Below are positions 1-11,703 of a stretch of DNA of 64,000 nt, in pieces. This stretch comes from Oikopleura dioica. Its lineage: Eukaryota; Animalia; Chordata. The stretch covers positions 5,518,001 to 5,582,000 of the forward strand of contig OU015568.1 of assembly GCA_907165135.1 (NCBI GenBank). Reading direction: 5' to 3'. The notes under the pieces are model-generated. The model ran no database searches and had not been told where the DNA came from. It saw nothing but the letters and a program-made list of their open reading frames with translations. The position numbers were made by a program, and so were the translations under genes. Position 1 is the stretch's first letter; each line of letters opens with the position of its first letter.

Positions 1-327
1 AATCACGCTCAATCCATACAAAAGCTTCATGGAAATGAGAAAAAAATGAAGTTTTTTAAAATTCCGGAATTGATAAAATTTTGCGGATTTTGTGAAAACT
101 CGGAGTTTTCGCTTGAGCGCCATCTAGACGAAAAATAGCGCGGAAACCAGTGCGTGAAATTGAACGATTTTGAGGGGAACGGAATGAGTTTTCCTGGCGT
201 TGAGATGTTTTTATGATTTCAGAAATGCCTGAATGGATATCTGAATGATATAATCAGGATGATGATATGAGGTTGATGTATATGAGAGTATTTTGCGGCT
301 TCGTTTATTAAAAAATGGTAACTGGTT

Positions 328-445
328 ATATCGCCGAATGTCGCCGAATGTAGCGACATGATAAATTAAAAAGGCGACATTTGCCGACATTCAGCGGCAT
401 TCGTCGACATTTGGCGACATCTGACGACATTTAGCGACATTCGCA
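328..445. repeat. Array of CGCCGAATGT / GCGACATT motifs in opposite orientations (MITE-like subterminal repeats; same family as 62559-62930)
   Basis: atcgccgaatgtcgccgaatgt followed by repeated (g/c)gacatt units; the same motifs flank the element at 62559-62930. Confidence 0.6.
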
Positions 446-447
446 GT

Positions 448-641
448 AGAACTATTCTGCAAAAAATAGAACTATTCTGTAAAAAATGGAACTATTCTGC
501 GTTTCGCAGAACTATTCTGCCGAGTGCAAAACTATTCTCCAAATGTAGAACTATTCTGCAAAATACAGAACTATTCTTCACGGATGCAGAACTATTCTTT
601 ATATCCAGAACTATTCTGCAATATAAAGAACTATTCTGCAT
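448..641 (+). repeat. Minisatellite, about 10 units of ~20 bp with a conserved AGAACTATTCT core and variable spacers
   Basis: (a/g)gaactattct recurs every 19-21 nt; the intervening bases differ between units. Confidence 0.9.
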
Positions 642-1649
642 TTCGTGAATTAAGCAGGCGACAGGCCTTCGGCCCTTACGCGCGTATTTTCTGGTAGGAA
701 ACTCATTGGTTCATTCGTTTATATGTAAAAAAGACAAAAATTCAGGGCATCAGAAAAACCTACAACGCGTAAAATTGAAACGGACGAAATGTGCAGATAA
801 GACATTTTAGAACATGGAAATTCAAATTTGCGGCGGCGCTCGGGGAAAATTTCCCTCATCTTTTTAGTTCCAGAACTTATTCTTTTTAACGCTTTTGCTG
901 GTAAAAGGGGGCGCGATAAAAGGAAAAAGTGATGATTTTTGAACGTCAATATTTATAAACGGACTGATTTGGAGGCTTTTAGAGCGAGACTGAGTCTGCT
1001 CTTTTAATTGAAGTGAAATGGAAACTTGTCATCATTAAAATTTTAACAAAACGATTTATTATAAAAGATAAGCCGTGAACTTTTTTTCTCCGGAAAAACA
1101 AAAAGCTAAAAATGAATTTATTTTTCAATTTTTTCGTTTTGGCGAATTCTTTGTCGATTTTCAGATTGAATGAGATTTTCAACAAATGTCTTATTGGTAC
1201 GAAAAAAGGATGAAATATTTTATCAAAAATTATATTATTTTTTACAGTAAATTTTATCAGGAGATGGCATGAATTGACAAAAATCATGATAACTTTGACC
1301 AAAATTCTGGTCAAATTTTAAACCAATCAGATATTTGTATTTAGCCTGTGGGCCAGTCAGATTTCAGAAAAAAAATTTGAAAAAATTCGACTTGTTTTTT
1401 TCATTCTTTCGTCAATTCTTTCAACCAACCTGTATTTATATTTTGATTTTATTCTATTTTAGACATTTATGGAACACTCGAGTTTGACCAGTCGCCTTGG
1501 GATGGGTACCATTCTGCTGAAGAAAAGTGCGATAATATGATCAAGCTTCGGATCGTCAAAGATGGAGTCAATTTGCAAAAATCTTGATTCTGAATTGGAG
1601 AGTTTTAACAAAATTCATTGTTAGAAAAAAAAACTCACAGCAAATAAAT

Positions 1650-2330
1650 GTTTATTTATCAGAAAAAGACTTGTCGAAGTTCTCAATGATATCAAGGATG
1701 AACTCGAGTCTGCGGATGAAAACAAAGGCGGCTCTGATGATCAGGGTTCTAAATCTGAGCGGAAAATCAGAAGTCGAGTCGAGTCGAGTCGAAAGCGTTT
1801 TTGAAAATCGCTAGTCGAGTCGAGTCGAGTCGAGTCGACTTAATCGACTTCTTAGTCAAAAAGTCAAAAAACTGGAAAAATATATAAATTTAGTCGAAAA
1901 AGTCGAAATTTAGTCGAAAGTCGAAAGAAAAGTCGAAAAGTCGAAAGCAAAATAGTGATTATTTTCGATTTTTTCGACTAGATTTTCGACTTTTTCGACT
2001 AGATTTTTCGACTTTCTCCATTGCTCTCGACATTGCTCTCGACTTTTTCGACTAGTCGACAATCTAGTTGACTCATAGGCTCAAGTCGAGTCGAGTCGAG
2101 TCGACTTATTTTCCCAACCAGTCTAGTCGAGTCGAGCTAGTCTTTTCGACTAAGACTCGACTCGACTTCGACTAGTCGATTAAGAACCCTGCTAATGATT
2201 TCTTCATCCTCCTCACCTTCGGGTAGATTGAGCATATTTCTCAGCATCTCGATACAGTCGCTTTCCGAGTTCAGCATTGAAAAGTCGAAGCCTTCTTCAA
2301 TCATTTTCCAAAGAAAAAGCTTACTTTTCT
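1650..2330 (-). CDS. Probable coding exon of an unknown gene, split by the hAT MITE at 1742-2191
   Basis: Removing the element plus one TSD gives a ~70-codon open minus-strand frame KSKLFLWKMIEEGFDFSMLNSESDCIEMLRNMLNLPEGEEDEEII|RAAFVFIRRLEFILDIIENFDKSFS; no family recognised. Confidence 0.4.
1742..2191. mobile_element. hAT-type MITE (family H) with internal AGTCG pentamer arrays
   Basis: TIR cagggttct(a)aatc / gattaagaaccctg; 8-bp TSD ctgatgat (1734-1741) / ctaatgat (2192-2199); agtcg/cgact repeats in opposite orientation on the two halves. Confidence 0.85.
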
Positions 2331-2732
2331 GTCAGAAAAGCTTTCTTTTATACTTTCTTCTTACTACGCCACCAAGTTAAAAATATCAAAAATTAAATGA
2401 AGCCGATAAAAATAACTCTGAAGCTTCGATTTTTGAAGCGTCGAATAGACGAGACATTCCCTTTTGTTTCATAAAAAAAAGCTTCGAATTTAGAAACACT
2501 TCCAGGTGGCCATCTTATGACGTCTGACACGTCACGTCTCAAATCTACCTAAAAATGACGTCATTTTCTTTTTTGAGCAAGAAATCTTAGTCTACTGTTA
2601 TTGACAAAAATCATCGATTTTGAAGAAAATAATCAAGCAAGAACCCAACCGCGCCTGGGGCTATTTCGCGTTGACTGAAAACTCGGCGGGATTCTAGTGC
2701 TTGCTCATCATAAGTAAACTCTAACTTTGATC

Positions 2733-5102
2733 ATGCAAAAATTCTTCATTCTAATAGTCCTTTCCGTGTTTTTGTCGAGCCTCGTTTTCTTCAAGCTCTA
2801 CAAAATTGATGAACTCAAAAAAGAGGCGACGCAGATTTTAATTTCGAACTTTGCAGAGAATAATCAAAATGAAAAAGAAGAAAGGAGAAGTTTTCGAAAA
2901 AGTATTTATATTTCAGGAAAAATGCTCAAAAAGATTTTCATCGGCCAAGATTGTCAATACAAATTCAGAAATTCAGAATCAAGATTGAATTTCGCCTATG
3001 AATTTCGATGTCGTGTAGACATTGTCTAGTAGACAGTCCTTATTATTGGCGATAGACAAATTCGGTAGGGTTGGAGTTTCTCGTTTTTGATTGGCTACCG
3101 AGCGAAAATACCGGCTTTTGATTGGCTTATGCGAAAAATACTGTCTTTTGATTGGCTAAAGTGAAAAATACCGGTTTTTGATTTGCCAACGCGAAAAATA
3201 CTGGTTTTTGATTGGCTAACAGGAGAAATACCGGCTTTTCATTCGCTTACGCGAAAAATACTCGCATTTGATTGGCTTAAATGACAAAAAAACCACCTTC
3301 ATTGTATCTGACTGTATTGACTAAACTAAGGAACTAACGTAAAATGAAATAAATTTGAGCACAGGAAAAGCTGCATTTCGATCTGGCTCCTCAATGCTGG
3401 GCACTCTACTCGACAAGAATCCAAATTTGATTTACTATTTTGAACCGCTGACTGGTTTCATTGGTCCAAATGGCGACAACGTCACTGAAAAATGTAAATT
3501 CGCCATTTTTCCTCCTTGATTTCAAGTCAAAATTTTCAGCTCAAGAAACGCAAATGGATCTTTTGGCGATGGCGTTTGAGTGCAAATTGCCAAGAAAAAC
3601 GCCAGAAATGAAGGCCGAAATGCAGATTTCAAAGGGTTGCGATAAAAGCAGGGATGAAAATGGAGCGAAGAAGTTCTATTGCGAGTCGTCGCAGTTTTTG
3701 AGAGAGACGGTAGCGCAGTACTACGGATCGTCGAGGTTTTGTCAGAAGCCATTTTGTGATAAGGAAGATCAGTTCAGGTAAAAAATAATGAGATTTCACG
3801 AAAAAAAATGAGATTTCAGGAAAAAAAATGAGATTTCATGAAAAAAATGAAATTTTACGAAAAATAAAATTTCATGAAAAAAATGAAATTTTACGAAAAA
3901 ATGAAATTTTGAGAAAAAAAAATGAGATTTCATGAAAAAAAATGAGATTTCACGAAAAAAAAAATGCCAATTTTCTTTTTCAGTAAAAAAAATCGAGCTG
4001 GCGATTGCAAACGCCTCTGCAAAGACCCCTTCAAAATCGAATCCAATCCCGATGCTCTGAAAAACCAACAATTTTTCGAAGAAAAATGCCAAAACAGCTT
4101 AGGGGTTGCAATCAAAGAGCTGCGGATTGATACGTTATCTCGTTTCAAGCGGCTTTACGAGGAACCGGAGAAATTTGGAGAATTTAAGTTTGTGCACCTT
4201 GTCAGGGATCCGAGAAGCATGCTGGCGTCGAGGATCAAGCTGGCGCAGAATTATGATAAATTGAAATGGGGAAATATGTGGCCAATGACGCTAGAAAGAA
4301 GCATGGAAAAACACTGCGATAAGGATGTCAGGATCTTTAGGAAAAGGCTCAATTAATACTTTTAGCCAGAGAAATCATGAGATTTCACGCACGAAAACCT
4401 GTGTTAAAACCTGAGACTCAGGTCCTGAGTCAGGGTTTTCTGCAAATTTCTGGTAAAGCTGCTTTGCGGCTTTATTTTGAAAAAGCCGCAACGCGGCTTT
4501 TCATTTCAGCTCATTCAGACCCTGACTCAGGTTTTCAACTCAGGTTGCCTTACCGCGCCAACAGCAAAAACACACATTTTGAGCCTTTTGATTCAGGGAA
4601 ATTCAAAACAACCCAGAAATCCGAAAACGTACAATAATCATTCGCTACGAAGATATGAGCATGCATCCGTGGGAGAAAGCAACTGAAATTTACGACTTTC
4701 TAGGGCTCGAATTTGATGATGAAACAAGGGCTCAATTTGAAGAAGCGACTGGAATTCATCGAAGACGAAAAAGAAGGTCTGAAAAGGAAGCTCAAGGCCC
4801 TGTGTAAGTTTTCAAACGAATTCGAGGTTTTTGAAAAAATTTCTTTTTAGAAAAGTTGTCGATTCTCATATCGATATCTTTGGAGTTTCAAAAACAAAAT
4901 CGTCCTCAGAACTCCTCGAAGGCTGGAGAAAAATATCGGCCACGAGCTGGGCAGTACTCTTCGATATTTACTGCTGGAAAGAAGTTGTCGAACGATGATG
5001 GATCTGTATGGCTACAGAAGAGTCATGCAGTACAAAAATGATGGAAAAGTTAATTTAGTTGGGGAACATTCTTTGAATACTTCTTGGGTTCCCCAATTGT
5101 AA
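2733..5102 (+). CDS. Golgi carbohydrate sulfotransferase (GlcNAc6ST/CHST1-like), multi-exon, type II membrane anchor
   Basis: N-terminal TM MQKFFILIVLSVFLSSLVFF; 5'-PSB motif FRSGSSMLG..YYFEP (~3380-3450); 3'-PB HLVRDPR (~4195); RYED (~4645); C-terminal CRTMMDLYGY; an apparent 1-nt frame break near 4970. Confidence 0.88.
3095..3285 (+). repeat. Intronic ~30-bp tandem repeat, most units containing TTGATTGGCT (CCAAT box on the minus strand)
   Basis: Units like cgaaaaataccggcttttgattggctt, about 6-7 copies. Confidence 0.8.
3790..3965 (+). repeat. Intronic minisatellite AAAAAAATGAGATTTCA(C/G/T)G, ~18-19 bp unit
   Basis: Direct repeats inside the sulfotransferase intron; explains the Phe-rich ORF 3796..4092. 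Confidence 0.85.
4395..4550. mobile_element. Degenerate family A MITE in a sulfotransferase intron
   Basis: aaacctgtgttaaaacctgag...gaccctgactcaggttttcaactcaggttgcc with internal aagccgc/gcggctt. Confidence 0.7.
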
Positions 5103-5437
5103 ATTTTCTTGAAAATAAATATTCCAAAAAGATGATCATTAAGCCCTCTTTCTATTTAAAAAAAAACAATAAGTGAGCATATTTATCGGAAAAAAGCGCT
5201 TGTCAGGGCAAATTCAAAAGCAGTTTCGTGTGAAAAATGACAGGAGTCACCCGAGTTTGTATATAAAATCGACCTTATCCGGCTTTTGCCAACAGAGGGT
5301 TCTTCGGAACGCAAAAACGTCACAATAGAGCGCCACCGTGGTAAATCCGTTTTTCGTCCGCAGCGCATAAAAGCACCGGTCAGTTGCTTTCACGAGCAGA
5401 CTTAGATGAACCTTAAAATCTGAAAAAAAAAGAGAAA

Positions 5438-5915
5438 ATGAAGCTTTTCGGAATCGTTTTTGCTAGCGTCAGTGCTGTGACTTGGGAAAAAATGGACGAG
5501 AGAAGAGCTGAATTTACTGGGTAAGATTTAAACGACTTGCATTGAGACACCCTTAATTTTCTACGATTATCAACAACTTCCTAGTCGACTTGATGCCGAA
5601 GGACGAACCCGTCTTTCAAGCCGATACGATCAATTTCTCCAAAACGCTCTGGATGCTGTCCCCGAGGATAACCTCTCCGTCGACGGGTGCCAGAACGTCT
5701 GGGGCATTGATGACGAGAGCGACGATTCTTTCGACCCCGCGACCGCGACTCACTGCGAATACGGGCGCAAATTGGCTCGCAACTACCTTCGACTTGTCAA
5801 GAAGGACCTCTGCTTGGACGGACTTGAGCGAGGAGGAAAGAGCTTGAGGAACAATATTGAAAAGAAATTCGCTCAGGTGGTCAAGTTCACTCGAGCCAGA
5901 GACTTCTGCCAATAA
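5438..5915 (+). CDS. Small secreted protein, 137 aa, 2 exons (5438-5520, 5585-5915), unknown family
   Basis: Signal-like MKLFGIVFASVSA; GT-AG intron in phase; 414 nt total, open to TAA; aataaa at ~5926. Confidence 0.8.
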
Positions 5916-5938
5916 TTTTTATTCGAATAAAAGCTTTA

Positions 5939-6811
5939 TTAATAACCAACAGACATTTTGAGACCGACAACTGCTTCGTCAAGCGAGTTCAAAAACTCTT
6001 CAAGGCTGACTTTGTGTTTGTCTCCTTCGGTTGTTTCGAGAATAACTCGCTTTGAAATTTGCTTTAGTTGCTTGACATCAACATCCTTTCCGACCATCAA
6101 AAGGAGAATATCGAAAACATGAGTGTGGTCGATTTCGTACGTCTCGCCCAAATCTGAAATTTTTTTGAGAAAAAGACGAATTGTTGAGGAAAATCTTATC
6201 TTCCAAGAATATAAAAATGGGGTGCCCTTGTTCATCCCGTAACTAACTGCAGGTGTCCCCTTGTTCATCCTTGGGCCACGTAGCCTTTCTCCCTTTTTCA
6301 AGAACCGAAAAGGATCAGTTTTTTGAGGCTACGTGGCCCAAGGATGAACAAGGGGACACCTGCAGTAATTTTGGGGATGAACAAGGGCACTTTTTTTTTG
6401 AAAACGACTTACCAAAGAGTTGATAAAGAAGAGTTGCCTTTTTCCGCGGCGAATTAATCGCATCTGGTGGCGTGTTCTTGTCGCATGGCTGAAAAACTGC
6501 GATCAATTTGCAGAACGATTCGAAATCGCAGTGACCAGTCGAGTCCAAGAAGAGGGCGATAATCCTCTCAGAAAGGGGGTTCAAATGAAAAGCGTGAATT
6601 TCATCGAAATCATCTGCATCGAGTTTTCCTTTATTATCCTTGTCCAGCTCGCAAAATCTCTTCCACAAACGATGAACGGTCTTTACCGGCAATCTTGAAA
6701 AAAAAATAAATTATTGGAATTTTTTTTCTTTAAAAAAACTTACTCGCAAGTTTCAGCAATTTCATTAACATCAACACTTTTCGAAATACTTCTTGATTCT
6801 CCCGCTCCCAT
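5939..6811 (-). CDS. CHP: Calcineurin B homologous protein (CHP/tescalcin-like EF-hand protein), 3 exons
   Basis: MGAGESRS myristoylation-type start; RLWKRFCELDKDNKGKLDADDF..LNPLSERIIALF matches CHP1 RLYSRFTSLDKGENGTLSREDF..INPLGDRIINAF; LLLMVGKDVD..QLKQISKRVILE..VSLEEF. Confidence 0.85.
6222..6390. mobile_element. Palindromic MITE-like element in CHP intron 2
   Basis: gtgcccttgttcatcc...ggccacgtagcc / ggctacgtggccc...ggatgaacaagggcac long inverted repeat. Confidence 0.75.
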
Positions 6812-7559
6812 CGTTTTTTCTCGATGTTTTGACAGAATTAAAGAGCGCATTTCTCAAGATAATAAAGCCTTAATTTTACGATCAGTCGTCATTCAGAATC
6901 AGAACGCCCAAGTAAATCTTATTATAAGACCAATAGCAAATTATAAAAACTGATTTTATTCGAATACAGGTCTGTTTAGCTGACTGTAACTGGCAATTTC
7001 AGGTTCAGAAAGTTCATGATTGAAGAAAATATTACCACTTCGTTTCAAATTTCTCCATTCTGAGGGGTCAAGGAAGTCGATTTTGAAAGAACAGAGACCT
7101 TAAAATAAAGAGGAACAAATGAAAAAGCTTCTTACCTTGTAAAAAGAGAAAAATCTTCATGTTTTTTTTTTCTTTTTGACTTCAAATGAACCTGTTGAGT
7201 TCGACTCATCAAAGTTTTTATACGAGGTCTTGATTAAAAATTCGCCGCAGACTCGTGCCAACGAGCGAGTATCTCCTGCATTTGTCGGTTTTTGAGTAAA
7301 TTAAGAAGTTATTAAGCTGAATATTGAATGATTCGGGGCATATTTGGGAGGTTGATTTTGTTTATTGTTCTTGGAAAAGATTCCAGAGTCGATTCAGGAT
7401 GAGCCGAACTCGTTTGAGCTCCGTCATCTTCAAAATCTTCTTCAAAATCTCAAGTGTCCGGTCAGTTTTTCTTTGGCCACGCAGAGTTACGCAGCATACC
7501 GGACATGAAATCCTCTTCATTTTAGCCATTTTGCCTCGTTTTCCCCGAAATTCGAAAAG

Positions 7560-8191
7560 ATGCGGTTGCTTCTTTTTCTCGTAGCAGCATGCAACTTCGA
7601 AATTGTCCACTGCCAAATTTATAAAGGAATGAGAGCTGCTGACTATGCCAAAATGACCAAGGGCCCGTCACAGTTTGGGAAACTGAGGACGAGAGGAAAG
7701 ACGTTGCCACCGCCAGTGGAAGAGACCATGATTTTCGGCGCCTGGCTTCAGGGAAATATGAAGAGTACCAAATGGGTAACGCTCTTTCTTTTGATTTTCG
7801 AGCCTCATTTTGACCCCTAGCTCCATCTTTTTCAACACCACGAAATCAAGCTCTGGCACAATTTCGAATACAAAGAAACAAGTAAGTCCAACCTTCAATT
7901 TTGCCCTCTGGAATCGAATAAATCATTTTTAAGACTCCGAAAAGCTCGAAATCGTCTTCCATAATTACTACAAAAAACCGCTGGTGACAATGGATATCAC
8001 CAAATATTCACAAGAGGTGATTTCTATTCATCATCTTTATCCTCAACCGCTTTCTCTAGAAATTGATAAAATTGCTGAAACACCAAGGATTTTACCGACG
8101 ACGATATCAGTTTGAAAAAATGAACGAGGACCAAGCAGAAGCGCCATTCATCAAGTACAAGTGGGAACCTGGCAAGATGGAACTCCGATAA
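7560..8191 (+). CDS. Secreted SelM/Sep15-family thioredoxin-like protein lacking the CxxU motif, 163 aa, 4 exons (7560-7775, 7821-7881, 7934-8016, 8060-8191)
   Basis: All three GT-AG introns are in phase; EIKLWHNFEYK..EIVF..MDITKYSQEKLIKLLKHQGFYRR resembles SelM DIPFYHNLVMK..ELVL..IPLSEMTREEINALVQELGFYRK (alignment from memory). Confidence 0.7.
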
Positions 8192-8712
8192 TTGAATTGC
8201 TTCTTTTCTGAATCTTATTGAAAAAATAAATAATCCAATCAAAACCATTTGATATCACCATGACGGAAATAATCCTCTAAGCTTCATTTTCTGACGGAGC
8301 ATTGAGGATATACCGTATTGAATTACAGTCAATTCTGCCTTTATAAACCGAGTTTTTCCGGCTCAAAAATTCTAGGGGAAATAATGAAGATTTTACCATT
8401 CACGCTCGGGGTCGAAAAAATACATGCTTTTTCTAGAGAGAGCTTTTTTCATCCTTCAGAAAGAGCCGCAAGAATCGTAAGTAAAAGCGTTCATTTTTGA
8501 ACCGATTTCAAAACAAGATGAACTGCCCTTCCCTGGCGGCTGACAAATGCTCAGATTGCGGTTCAAAAAGCCGCATCTTATCATTTTATCCGCAGCTCAT
8601 CCCGTGGAAATTTCGCATCTGGTTTTTTTTCTGATAAGAAGGTCTATAAAACTTCGGAAAAATAAATAAAAATAAGAAAGAGAAATTAAATTCAAATTGA
8701 ATTTTTTCTTCG

Positions 8713-11703
8713 ATGAGGGTTTCAAGTCTCGTTCTCGGGGCTTTTGTCCACGCTGTAAGTTCCTGAGAGATGATTTTGATTGGAGGATTTTCAACCTTTT
8801 TTTCTAGAACGAGGATGCAGGAGATGACATCATCTACACCGGTTGCCAAGCCGTCGCGCTCCGGAGCCAACCTGGCTGGGAAAACGTCGAGCTCAAGACC
8901 GACGGGAGCAAGTGCGTGGCAGGCAAGGGCAGGGCCGTGACGACTTCTCAGCGATGGGATCAGCACCGAAACGAAACGACGGGCAAGTGGATCGTCCCCT
9001 ATTACTTCAGCGAAGGGTACGAGAACCTCTCCCACGGGGGCCACAGCGGCGTCGACTCCATGAATGGAATCCGCGACCATCTTCGACACTTCGAAGAGCT
9101 CACCTGCATCCAGATGAAAGAACTGACGACGTCGGAGGACTTCAACACGTACACCAATCGAATTCGCGTTTTCTGGAGCACGAGCGAAAGTTCCAACTGC
9201 GCCAGCTACATCGGGCGAGTTTTCGGCGGAGACCAGACGATGTGGATGCGACCAGATTGCTACACCTGGAACGGCGGAACCACAACGAACCACGAGTTCA
9301 TGCATGCCCTTGGCTTCAAGCACGAACACGTCCGGCCTGATCGAGATAATCACGTGGTCATTCATTCGAGCCTCGCTTCGAATGGCAATTACGTCAAGAT
9401 GTCAACGAGCCAATGGCAGGATGTCAGCTCTCCTTACGATTTCAACTCGATTCTTCACTACTACTCCAGCTGGCAAGGCGATGGATATTCCATCGGTCTC
9501 CCTCCAGATGGCCAACAAGCTGCTCCAGTGAGCCGAACCTATCCATTCTCTGAGCAGGATATCGCCCAGTTGAGAGCTGTCTACCCATGCGACGATGTCG
9601 ACCCTTGCGATCCGAACCCATGCCCTTCTGGACAAATCTGCAGTGCCGGCACAACTGGCCAAGCAGTTTGCAAGTGCCCTCAAGGCTCCGTCCTCAACGC
9701 TGCTGGAGGATGTCAGGTCGTCGGTGGCATCGTTGTGGAAGAAAATTCCGATGTCGTCAATTTTGCCGGAATCAAAGTCCGCCGCAGCCCGATGGTAAAC
9801 ATCTACGATGCTGATGGAAACGACATCGATCTCGGCAGCAACTACGACATCGCTGCTGTTGCAGAAGTCGAAGAGTGCGGCGAATCCATGACCGACAACA
9901 ACTGCACCATTTGGAACAACTACGGATATTTTTACGGTACTTCCGCGTCGATGAATTACTTGACTTTCGGCGACGAAGGCAATTACCGACTTCGATACTT
10001 CCTCGACGACAATGGACAGGACTCGTTCCCAGACGCTTGGGTCATTTCTGACGAGTACGAAGTCAAGAGCTGGTACGAAGCACCTGGCTCGATTGCGTGG
10101 CATCGGGATCATTCCACGAAGCACTTCGGCGTCCCGCTCAACATCGAAGCTGCTCTTCGAGATGCCAATGGAAGCGTCATTGATTTCGGCCCAGGACCGA
10201 GAGATATTCAGGCGTGTCTTTGGCTTGCCGAGCCCGGAACTGCCGGAACTTTGAACGCTGTTGACCGAAATGATCTCTTCTATGATTGCGTCAGCGCAGA
10301 TCAATTTGGAAATTTTGACCTAAGCAACATCACGCTCTATGAAGCGGAAGGTGCGAGACTTCATGACTACAATAACACCGCCGTTCCTCCTGGCGACTAT
10401 TTCTTCCGTCTCCAGGTCGCCGTCATCGACAGCTGGCAGCACTGGGACAGCTGGATGCTCGACAAGTGGAATGACGATTCTATCTTCGATTCTGGAATTT
10501 TCACGCTGGCTCCTCTCTGTTACGAAGAATGCCACAAAAATGGGTTCTGTAATGCTACTGCGACGGTTTTCATGACCCCTGATTGCCAATGCAACGATGG
10601 ATACGAAGGCGACGGTGTCGACTACTGCATCAGGGTCATCGACGAATGCGCTTTCGGTGGCGTCTGTCCTGCTGGTCAAATCTGTGTTGACAAGCTCATC
10701 GGCTACGATTGCGTCTGCGAGCCCGGATTTGTCAAACACCCGGCTTTGATGGGCTGCGTTGATGTAGACGAGTGCGCTACTGCTATGCACGCTTGCAACG
10801 TCGGAACCAGCTGCGAAAACACCGATGGCGGATACCTTTGCAATCCCGATTTCACTGGCGTCACCTGCGATCCTGAATGCGAAGATGGTTACTTCTGCGA
10901 TGAGCTGACCGGAACATGCGAGGATGTTAACGAGTGCACGGCCGGAACTCACGATTGCAAGGACTTTGAATCGTGCAGAAATGTCAAGGGAAAGTTCATA
11001 TGCGACTTTGACAACTCCCAGTGCCGCGCTGATTTGCCAAGACCAGAGTGGAAAGGGGTAGGCCTTCTCAATCAGTATTCTCATTTTATATCGACTCGTA
11101 TTTATTTATTCAAAAATAGGGGAAAATTAATCGTCTAAAAAGCGAAATGGCATGCGATACGTCTTTGAATCTTCGACCGGCGCGGTCATGGCGATGAAGC
11201 TCAAGAACAAGTTCAAAAAGGTCAACGTCCGAAACGAACTCTACACCGGCGTGATCATGTTCACCAAGGACGTCTGCGGTGTCGATTTCCTCCGAGCGCT
11301 CCAAGACGGGCGGGTTCAAATTGAACTTGTCGATTCTTTCGCTTTGTATCAAATTCACGACTTCCACTACAAAAACAAGCAGAAGTATACTGCTATTGGC
11401 TTTACTTTTGATCTTTTGAGCGTGGAAACTAAGGATATGCCCTGGGCTTTCAAGGTAAAACTGGCAAGAAATTGAGATACAATCTCTTTTCAGTCTGGTG
11501 TTCCAACCAAAAACATGGGCTCCGACGATGTCTACATCTCTTTCACCGGCCTTGAGCTCGTCAACTGGCTGACCAACCAGGACAACTGTCTTCTACTCGG
11601 CGCTCAAGCTGCTCTCCCTTACGAAGATTTCTCCGAACTCGATCGAGCCTGCTTCGTTGATTTGAAGACCTTCTGGCAGACTCCACCTCTTCCCAATCCT
11701 TGA
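8713..11703 (+). CDS. Secreted astacin (M12A) metalloprotease with EGF and calcium-binding EGF repeats and two unassigned domains; 4 exons
   Basis: Signal exon MRVSSLVLGAFVHA; HEFMHALGFKHEHVRPDRD zinc motif; YDFNSILHY; EGF units DECAF, DVDECAT, DVNECTAG; in-frame joins at 11057/11143 and ~11454/11494. Confidence 0.92.

Noticed and set aside
448-641. CRISPR array
   Set aside because: The repeat (11-13 nt) and spacers (7-9 nt) are far too short, there are no cas genes, and the DNA is eukaryotic.
3796-4092. Phe-rich membrane-like ORF
   Set aside because: Produced by the intronic AAAAAAATGAGATTTC minisatellite.
4955-4985. Programmed frameshift near the sulfotransferase C-terminus
   Set aside because: No slippery site or structure; a 1-nt assembly error or allele is more likely and cannot be resolved here.
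7260-7616. Minus-strand ORF with CPVCC upstream of CHP
   Set aside because: It lies in the divergent promoter region and partly overlaps the SelM-like exon; no supported exon joins.
8586-11084. Long minus-strand ORFs 8586..9365, 9402..10304 and 10320..11084, and plus ORF 8843..9340
   Set aside because: Antisense or alternate-frame shadows of the astacin exon; no motifs of their own.
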